Assembly (NCBI GenBank): GCA_951406725.2
Contig: OX597819.1
Location: 56,544,001 to 56,608,000, forward strand
Length of the DNA: 64,000 nt
From: Octopus vulgaris
Taxonomy: Eukaryota
Direction of reading: 5' to 3'
Under the pieces are notes generated by a model. It ran no database searches. It had not been told where the DNA came from and was given only the letters and a program-made list of their open reading frames with translations. Of this stretch, positions 53,167 to 64,000 are shown piece by piece (within the stretch, counting starts at the first letter, position 1; each line of letters begins with the position of its first letter). Both the position numbers and the translations under genes were made by a program.

Positions 53167-53402
53167 GATGGTGATGAAAATGATGAAAATGATGATGATG
53201 ATGATGATGATGAAAACGGTGGTGATGATGATGATGATGAAAATGATGATGATGATGAAAATGATGATGATGATGAAAATGATGATGATGATGAAAATGA
53301 TGATGATGATGAAAATGATGAAAATGATGATGATGATGATGATGATGAAGACGGTGGTGATGATGATGATTGCGATGTTGATGAGTCTGATAAGGATGAT
53401 AA
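53167..53402. repeat. (GAT)n tract with periodic GAAAAT interruptions
   Basis: gatgatgatgatgaaaat-type higher-order units. Confidence 0.9.
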
Positions 53403-53786
53403 TTAAGTCAATTAAGCCAGAATTACATTTTTTTTTCAAATGAGGAAATGTAACACTCTTTCCTTTGATTTGTGCAATTTGTTCAATTAAAACTCGATTG
53501 CTTGGTCTCGTAATGATAGTGAAGAGAACAATAACGTATACACGTGATAATAACAATGATTTATTTCATTGGAACAATGCCATAGACTTTTCAAGAGAAA
53601 GTTATAGTCAATTCAGCGGGTAACAGGAGATTCTTGGTAGCTGCATTACTGACCTTGGAAGGGGTTACAGGTAAAGTAGAACCCAGTCGTGTTTGAAGTC
53701 GGAACGTAACATCATATAAATAAACAGCGGTAAAAAAATCTGTTAAAATAACGACCAAATACACACTGAACAACAACAACAACAAC

Positions 53787-53841
<55 letters not shown>

Positions 53842-53843
<2 letters not shown>

Positions 53844-54997
53844 GTATAGAAGGTGGTAGAGGCCTTATACAGCTGGAAAACTACTATAAAATAACCACCA
53901 TAGGACTGCAAAAATACCTACTTCAGAAGGAAGGAAAACTGATCCAGATAGCAGCAAAACACGAGCAAAACAAAAAACTGTTCTCAGTATTTAAGGAAGC
54001 TGACAAATACAAACAAGAAATCATACCACCTAATAAACACAAAGAAGAAGAAGAAGATGATGAAGAAACAACAAAAGCTATAAAACAAATGAAATCCAAA
54101 CTAAAAATAGAACAGCAACGAGCCATGATAAAACGATGGCAAGAAAAACCCCTTCATGGTAAATACTGCACTAAACTAAACGCAAAAGAAATAGACAAAG
54201 AAAAATCCCAGCAATGGTTGAGAAGCTCAGGACTCAAAGCAGAAACAGAGGGATTTTTAATTGCAGCACAAGACCAAAGCCTCCCCACCAGAAATTACCA
54301 AAAACATGTAATGAAAAGAAATATTACAAGTAACTGCAGAATATGTGGAGATGGACAAGAAACAATAAATCATATTATCTCTAGCTGCCCAGTCCTGGCT
54401 AAGAAGGAATATATTCACAGACATGACAGAGTTGGAACCTACATACATTGGAAGCTATGCCAACATTATGGAATAACAACAGAAAAAAGATGGTATAGGC
54501 ACACACCAGAAAAGGTCACAGAAAACGAGAAAGCAACCATACTCTGGGATATGCCGATACACACAGATAGAGAAATTAAGGCCAACAGACCAGATATAGT
54601 TGTCAGAGATCATGAAGAAAAAAATGCTTTCTAATTGATGTATCAATACCGGCAGATGACAACGTGTCTCTAAAAGAAATGGAGAAACTCTCAAAATACA
54701 AAGACCTGGAAATAGAGGTAACTAGAATGTGGAACCTGAAAACAGAAACAATTCCTATCATAGTAGGTGCATTAGGCATGATAAAAAAATATTCAGACAA
54801 ATACATAACAAAAACACCAGGACTTACAAACACATATAACATACAGAAAATTGCACTACTAGGCACTGCACACATCCTACGCAGAACACTTTCCATACAA
54901 TAACCATCAGAGCATCACAACAAATCACAGCACATACCCAAGGCACACAGAGCTGTGCTCGGTAGTGAAGTGAAAGCACGCTATAAAAATAAAACTA

Positions 54998-55001
<4 letters not shown>
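53842..55001 (+). mobile_element. 5'-truncated R4/Dong-like LINE inserted in (AAT)n
   Basis: EGGRGLIQLE, WQEKPLHGKY, WLRSSGLKAETEGFLIAAQDQ, CRICG..ETINHIISSC (CCHC), RHD, NRPDIVV..LIDVSIP..KLSKYKDL (RLE). (AAT)n on both sides. One frameshift in an A-run near 54620. Confidence 0.93.
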
Positions 55002-55031
<30 letters not shown>

Positions 55032-55905
55032 GCCCTTCAAAATAAGTTAAGAAATTTACAAATTTACATATCTACAGTTTTCAAACATACATTCGTTCAG
55101 CTTTAAAAACTTTAATACCCACAATTGCCTCAGTAAACATCCTTTTTTTTTTCTTCTCTCTAAAAACATCACGCTTTTCTTTTTGTGGACTTACAAAACC
55201 GTAAAACTTTCTATGAAAATCTGACTTTTCTTTGCTTCCTCCCTGAATATTCAAATATAAATGTAAACATATATTTTCATTGCAAAAACACACCTGTTCT
55301 CCTAACTGGACATACAAACATATATAGAAAAGTCAACTTCAACCTCCACAATATTACCTTACACGAAATATAGAAACAGTTTTTATTGCAATAACACAAA
55401 CGCACATGGGAAAATAAATAATAATGATGCTAAGATTCTCTCTGGTCGAACACAACTTCTCTATTCACAAACAATACAGAACAGCCCTTCCTTAATTTTT
55501 CTTAAGTCTAGTAGTAGCAGACATTTGAACTTTTTTTGACCTAAAAAAAATAATAAAAAATAAATAAATAAACATCACTGATGATGGTGATGATGGTGAT
55601 GATGATAATAATGATAGTAATAGTGCTGATAATCTATCTATCTATCTACACACACACACACACTCACAGAGTTCAGCCAACACAAACCTCACCTCGGCTC
55701 TTTAGATGTTAACCAAATATGAAAGTATTATTTGACAGGCAAGAATTCTGGCGTTGAAGACAGCCAGCCAGCCAACCACCCAGCCAGCCAACCACCCAGC
55801 CAGCCAACGAGACAGGCAGACACTACTGTGATGGTGATAATGATAAAAAAAACCAAAAATAACAATAATAAGATACTGCTGTGACTACACATAAAACAAT
55901 ATCAT

Positions 55906-55940
<35 letters not shown>

Positions 55941-56006
55941 GTGATGATAGTAGTTGTGGCGATAATGATAATAGTGATAATAATGGTGATGATAATAACA
56001 ATAATA

Positions 56007-59000
56007 AGCCGACTACGGCTGCTATAATGGTACGATTATAATTGTAACGGCAATGATGGCCGTCTCCCCACGAGTCAATCAAAGCTCAAAAATGATAATA
56101 TTATCGTAGCACCAAAATGTTTTTGGAAACTAAAAGGAAAACTAAATCAGTATACCAAATCGCTTGTCATATGGTTAATCTGGAAGCGCGTCCCCCAGGG
56201 AAGAGCCAGCCTGGGATCGAAAAGTCATCAACTGGCACAAACTCTTCTCCGAATACGGACATGGATGGTCACTTGAACGGGAAATTCCCCAACTCGAGCC
56301 CTCCAAGTTCACCACCACAACCACCACAGAAAGAAAAATGTAAGCGGAACAAATGGACCCGAGAAGAGTATAAAGAAGTAATATACGCTTATTACTATGC
56401 ATTAGGTAGGCCATCTCAAGAGAGACACACCTTACAGTTTATGGAGAACACGGAATCAAGACAGTAGGCCCTATTTGGACGAGAACAAATTGGCAAATGT
56501 GAGGAGGGATATCCTTAGAAATAACAGACTCACAGACAGTGAAATAAGCGCGATCAAGCACGCAACGGAAAATAAGACACAAAGGAAATGAAGAATCAGA
56601 TGAACAGTATAGCCCGCCACGAGGCTTAATTGAAAGACTGCCATCTGACCAAAGTACGCAAAGGCCTGAAGATACAAGAAATTCTATTGAACCTGTTAAA
56701 GATAGCCAGGAAAATGATAAAACAACAGTAACTAAAGATCTCGCATTTGCTGAAAAACACAGAGAGTCTATGGCAGAAATGAGGCAGAAAATCCTGAATA
56801 CGCTTGAAGTTGTAAGACATACAAGTATGAATGATAGAGAACCACTTCATAAATTCTCAAATACAAACCAAAATAAAAACAAATCCAAATTGGCAACTAT
56901 GTAACAAATGAAATAATACAAGAATTAAAACCTGATTTTACTGAGTTAAATGAAGTTATTTACGCTTCTGCTAGGGCAATTGAAACCAGCTGTATGCCCC
57001 CGAAAAAACAAAGAAAACCAAACCTGGGAAGAAACCAAACCTGGAGAAGTAAAATTGAAAAAGAAATTGAATTTATGAGAGGGGAAATATCAATATTAAA
57101 TGAGCTAATATGTGGAAATGATTAAGATCCAGAACAGGAAGAAAGATGAAGAGAAAATTTGGATCCCCACCAAGAGAAGAACTGATATCAATAAAAGAAA
57201 CGCTGAAACAAAAAGTCCAAGCAAAAGCCCAAAGAATACGAAGATTTGAGAAGAGAAACAAGTTTTACAAGCAAAATAAGCTGTTCACATCCAATGCCAA
57301 AAAATTCTACAGAGAAATAGGGAAGGAGAAAGTAACCGTTAAAGACCCCCCTCCCATGGAAGAAGTTCAAAACTTTTGGAAAAGGATTTGGAGTGACAAG
57401 AAGACATACAACACAAATGCAGACTGGATTATACAAACTGAAGGATCCTACCAAAATTTACAACAAGCATGGGAAGACATCACAATAGCAGACCTAAGAA
57501 AGGCACTTACGAAGGCCAATAATTGGAAATCCCCCGGTAAAGATAGGGTGCCGAATTTCTGGCTCGCATCGCTCCCATGTGCACGCGGTAAGCTAGTTCA
57601 GCTGCTCAATGGAATTATGAGAGACCCAAAGAAAACATCTGAATGGTTAGCAAGTGGTATTACTTACCTACTCCCAAAGAATAACGAAACCAACCTTCCA
57701 AAAAACTATCGGCCTATAACCTGTCTATCCACCACGTATAAAATCCTAACATCTATCCTGTCGGAGAAAACATATGCATTCATGGAGAAGAACAATATTT
57801 TCCCCATTGAACAAAAAGGGTGCCGCCGAGGCCCATACGGATGCAAAGATCAACTGCTAATTAATCGTATGATCCTTGAGAACTGTCACAACAAGCGCAG
57901 AAATCTCAGCTCCGCATGGATTGACTATAAAAAGGCCTTCGACAGTATACCGCATCCATGGATCTTGAGATCGCTGGACATCTTCAAAATTTCCCCTGTG
58001 ATTTCAAGCTTCCTGAAGCACAATATGTCGTTGTGGAATACGAATCTCCAATTATACCACTCTAATGGAGTACTTGCCTCAGAAAATATAAACATCAACT
58101 GTGGAATTTTTCAAGGTGACTCACTTTCACCTTTAATACTCTGCATAGCCCTAATACCCCTTACAAGTGAATTAAACAGAACAGGGTATGGGTATAAAAT
58201 TGCCAATAAAAAATAAGCCATCTATTTTATATGGATGACTTAAAACTCTATGGTAAAGACAATAATGAACTTGAAGGCCTATTGCGCACTGTGAAAGCAT
58301 TCAGCGATGACATCGGGATGGAGTTTGGGCTTGAGAAGTGTGTCAAGGCCACTTTCCAGAAAGGGAAAGTGAAGACCACAAATTCAGTCGTGTTAGATGT
58401 TGACACAGTCATAAGAGAGCTTGAGCAAGAACAAACATACAAATATTTAGGGATAAATGAAGGCTCTGGTATTCAGCATGCAAGCATGAAAGAGAAGATC
58501 AGGAAGGAATGTTATAGGAGAGTTCGTGCAGACCTGAAATCTGAACTAAATGCAGGTAACAAGGTGTTAGCTATAAATTCCTTAGCAGTTCCAGTTGTTA
58601 CTTATAGCTATAATGTGTTGAACTGGAATATGAGTGAAGTAAAGAATATAGACAGGAAAATACGCAAGCTGCTGAGTTGTAATAGGATGCACCACCCAAA
58701 GGCAGACGTAGATCGTCTTTACCTTCCCAGAGCCCAAGGAGGTCGAGGCCTGATCCAATTTGAACTAGCTTACAAAACAACCACGATTGGACTGGCCAAA
58801 TATCTTGAAATAATGAATGATTGGATGCTAAAGCTCGTGGAAAATCACGAGAGACGAAAGAAGCTTCATTCTATCATAAAGGAAAGCAAAAAATTTGCTA
58901 TTGATCTCGTGCAGGATACCCAAACTGAACAACCCGAGGGAAGTACGGCAACTATTGTTGCAAAGAAGGTGAAAATAATGGCAACGAAAAAAGCGCACGA

Positions 59001-59956
59001 GCAATTGGCTGATAGGTGGGAGGAGAAACCTCTGCTCGACAAATATGTGGCCCGTAGCAAACAAGCTGATGTTGACCAGAAGCAAACCCATCAGTGGCTA
59101 CGGAGCTCAGGGCTAAAAGCAGAGAGCGAAGGTTTCATCCTGGCTGCTCAAGATCAAAGCCTATTAACCCGGAACTACCAGGCCAATGTAATGAAAAATG
59201 GAGTAGATCCAAAATGCCGATTCTGCAATGACATGATTGAGACAGTGGACCACCTAATCTCTGGATGTAAAGTCTTAGCACCAGTGGAGTATAAATTAAG
59301 ACATGACAGAGTTGGCCAATATCTACACTGGCTAATAAGTCGGCATTACAATATCAAAACTGCCAACAAGTGGTATAATCACCACCCTGAAGCTGTAACT
59401 GAAGGAGAAAATGTAACGATTCTGTGGGACTTTCCAGTACATACAGACCGAACCATCAAAGCCAATAAACAAGATATTGTTGTGAAAGACAAAAACAATA
59501 AAGTTTGCTTATTGATCGACATGAGCATCCCCTGTGATCATAATATCTCGGCGAAAGAGTTTGACAAGCTCAGAAAATATAAAGACCTGCTCATTGAAAT
59601 TGAGAAAATGTGGCATCTCAAGGCGGTTACAATACCAGTGATCGTAGGAGCACTAGGAATGATCAAGAAGGGAACCGAAAATTATATGAGAATGATCCCT
59701 GGCTTACCATCCCTGCAAGAAGTGTAAAAAATTGTCTTAACTGGTACATCACACGTATTGAGAAGAGCATTGTCGATGTGAGAGCTGTTACTGTCCATGT
59801 ATTTTAATTTAACCTTAAAAAAGAAAAAAAAAATGAACGAACTATTGAGTTTGGTTTAATGGCCTACCAATGTATACTATGAAATTCTTTGCCCTAGGAG
59901 TCGGGAAGACGCTCGGCAAGAAATGGAAGCAAATTTGAAAGAAGAAAAAAGAGAAA

Positions 59957-59958
<2 letters not shown>
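56007..59958 (+). mobile_element. Near full-length R4/Dong-like RLE retrotransposon (~4 kb) in (AAT)n
   Basis: Starts right after aataataa and ends in (AAT)n. Single disrupted ORF with N-terminal, RT, CCHC and RLE regions. Confidence 0.92.
56117..59781 (+). pseudogene. RT-RLE polyprotein with several frameshifts and stops
   Basis: KWTREEYKEVIYAYY (Myb-like), KSPGKD, NYRPITCL, EQKGCRRG, WIDYKKAFDSIPH, GIFQGDSLSPL, YMDDLKLY, KYLG, GGRGL, CRFC..HLISGC, RHD, LLIDMSIP..KYKDL. Confidence 0.93.
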
Positions 59959-60847
<889 letters not shown>

Positions 60848-61607
60848 AAATAGTGGCAACGACACCATTCTTATATACTAGTTTCTTGAAGTTGTATGCT
60901 GCAAATGATAAACAACAAGAAATACATCTGCGTATGTTACTTGAAGTCATCAGAGAACTTGATGTAAGACACAGCTTAGAAGAGTTTTACGTACAAGGTC
61001 ATATTATATAAAGGCACTGGGATTGAAAAATTAGACTAAAAGCAGCTATAGAAATAAATATATATATTTTAGCTGGTATGTTATTTAATATTCTCTTTTA
61101 GTCTCATTTTTGAAGTAAATACCACAGTTTCCACTGTATTATTTTCCTTAGTTCATTGTCCATTCATTTATCAAAACTACACAGGTGATAGATGCGTCCT
61201 CCTACACGCCTCGACTGTTGAATTAAAAACATGAACATTTTTATAGTGAAGACTTGAATTTATGTCGAAACAATTTTCTATAGCTGTCCTATTTGACTCT
61301 CTGAACTTTTGGGCAACGCTTATATGTTTGTTTACAAAATGTTCGCACACTCCGAAAGCTATTATTTAGCATTATAATTAGGTGGATTCTGTCATCAGGA
61401 GTCTTCTAGCTTGATGGTTCAGAAAGATGCAGGTTTCGATTTCATGTGGAGGCTTGGTGACCATTTCTTTCCGTCTTCTAAAGGGCATTTAACTGATTTT
61501 ATATGCTGGCCTCAAAGCCTTTATGCGTACGCAAATTCATTTGACACACTCGGCCCAGTCGTTTTACAGTATACATACATACATACATACATACATACAT
61601 ACATACA

Positions 61608-61640
<33 letters not shown>

Positions 61641-63786
61641 GTAAACAAGCAAACTCAATTACTACATACACATATATATGTGGAATATATATATATATGT
61701 ATATATGCGTGTGCGTGTTCGTGTGCGTGTGTGTGTATACCTGCGTATATGATCAACAACTGTTGTTGGATTTAACACTGATTATGTATGTGTGAAAGCC
61801 GAAAACAAAACAACAGATACTGAGAAGTATAATTCAAGTAGGAGGATTGGTTTTGTGACAAAAATAAATAAATAAATAAAATAAAATAAATAAAATAAAA
61901 TTTGTGAGTGAATCTCTTCTCCTTCACTAACGAAGTAAGGGAAGGGATTTCATGCACGGTAACAAAGGAAAATTTAGAACGAAGTGTTAAGTGGATGAAA
62001 GATGCACACAAGAAAACAAAGGTGAACGTGACATGCTTCTAGGCAATGGAAAAGCGTGAATTGGTAAGATGTGCATATAAGCGAAGGCATGAAGAATGTT
62101 TCCTTTCAATTGTCTTTGTGTCTGAGGTTGATAAACGTGCTTGCATGTTGTCATTAATGCTAAGAGAATGGTAGAAAATATGACGTAAGTTGAATCATCT
62201 CATTCAGGGAATAAAAGTATGTTGGTTCTGTTTTATTTTTTCAAACTGACATGTAAATAACTGAAGACAATATCGTTATTTTTAATATGCATGGAATAAT
62301 CTTAACATCTCTGTAGGTATAACTGAATTCACGCGTAGAAAATAAACTATATTGCCTTGTGTTATTTATTTGTCTGTAACAATTTTAAAGAGCATTTTTC
62401 CTAAGCTTCTTTTCGATGTATAAAATAAACGTTCCTACCCCATATTAATGGTGAGCAAAAAGGCAACTATATGCAGGACGATGGTCAAGATATGTGCAAC
62501 TGATATTTATATCTTACAGATTTCCACGGCCCTTAACAAACAAGAATATCGACGAGCAAAAACTGTACAACATTCAATATTTTAAAGATCTTTATACTTC
62601 CATTCGATGCACGAATTTACTAAATTTCATGATGTTTTTTTTATGTTAAACATATTGATTCATATTCGTCCTATAGTTAGGATGATCGCAAGCATAATAC
62701 TTGAACTTGTTTCGTTACCTTAAGGGTTTCTGTTATATCCCCGATTTTGTTCTATAGTTAAGTTTCTTAAAAGAGTAAAGAAACCTATTGCAGTCTAACA
62801 ATGGCACGAAGCCACCCGGTTTTATTTCATTAGGCACCACCGTACTGTAACTAAGGAATGATCGATAAAGCTTCATATCTTGGAAAATGAGAGATAGAGA
62901 CGTTTGCATGGTCTAGGCTATTCAACTAGTATTTCGTTCTACTGTCCTGGAAACAAAATAGATGACGTCAATGCTGCGTAATTTGAACTCAGAATTACGT
63001 AGCACTTTGCCCGTCACTCTAAAAGGATAAACTTTAGATGAAAATAAAATTGAAATCAATATCTTAAATACTACAGAATAGCATAAAGATTGTAGAACAA
63101 ATTATACTTGCAAAAAAAAAAACAAAAAACAAAAAAAGAGAGAACATCTATACTATAATGGAGAAAGCTGCTTATGAATTAGGTAAATTTTTTTTATGAA
63201 TTCATGTTCTAAGAAATTTCTTATAATTTCGATTTCGCAAGTTTATTGAATTTTTTTAAAACTCCAATTTCTCGCAAAATTAAATATTCATTGCATTGAC
63301 TGCATCCAATTCTTCACAGATTTAAATATTCATTGCATTTACTGCGGAGTATTCCATTATTTCCATTTACAAAGCCTCTCACTTTCTGTTTAAAGTTTTA
63401 ATTCGCTATTTGGAAAAAACCGATAGTTTATTCTATTAATGTATACGTAATGTAAAAACATTATTTATTGAATAAAATATTTTAAAAATACCCGTATAAT
63501 ATTTGAACGCGGGATAGCTGTGAGAAGAGCGTAGAAAGTTGGGTAATTACAGTTAGAAGACGAGGAAAAGAAAAACGTAGCCGAGAAGTACTCCAACTTC
63601 CACCATATTCACAGTTCCCAAACAATGTATACCACTAAGCTAATATATACATAAACAAGTTGCATGGGCGACTTCAACAGTGACTCACAGACGCACAAAC
63701 ACACACACACAAATACACACTCGCGCACACACATATATACACATACACACAAATGAATGTGTATGTGTGCATGCGTGTGTGTTTGT

Positions 63787-63824
<38 letters not shown>

Positions 63825-64000
63825 ACTGTCAAAACTTCGTTCTACATCACTTTTGTGAAGTCTTGTCGGGGAACAGGTCGCGGTTTCAAAGCGACGAAAA
63901 TATTTTGATACAAAAGAAATTTTAATGTTGAAGTGACACTGGCAATACTTAAACACAGAGGTCCTTTAACGGTATTTCTTAAATACAGAGGTACCAGTTA

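Noticed and set aside
53110-53406. Acidic D/E/N-rich ORF
   Set aside because: Derived from (GAT)n repeats, with no splice or coding context.
56007-56116. HDV-like ribozyme in the 5' UTR of the Dong-like element
   Set aside because: Small hairpins exist, but I could not build the nested double pseudoknot by eye.

Overview
AT-rich, microsatellite-dense animal DNA with no recognisable host protein-coding exon, so probably intronic or intergenic. The tRNA-derived SINE families and the (TA)n/(AAT)n/(ATGT)n load suggest an octopus (inference). The window is a mosaic of mobile elements: an ORF1-only Tx1/L1-like element inserted in tandem at a fixed site in a tRNA-derived SINE; three or four R4/Dong-like RLE LINEs, two sitting in (AAT)n; an RTE 3' end with three C2H2 fingers; a CR1/L2-like fragment; a DD41D and a mariner transposon; an internally deleted AcademX-like element; and many SINEs. 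The most notable signal is a set of non-coding elements carrying type I hammerhead ribozyme motifs. One is a near-perfect 396-nt tandem unit (43477-44171) whose two hammerheads would release a 396-nt monomer, as retrozyme or Penelope-pLTR circular RNAs do. A second, sequence-unrelated intact hammerhead (27346-27431) shares its upstream architecture. All alignments and folds were done by eye, so boundaries of decayed elements are approximate.
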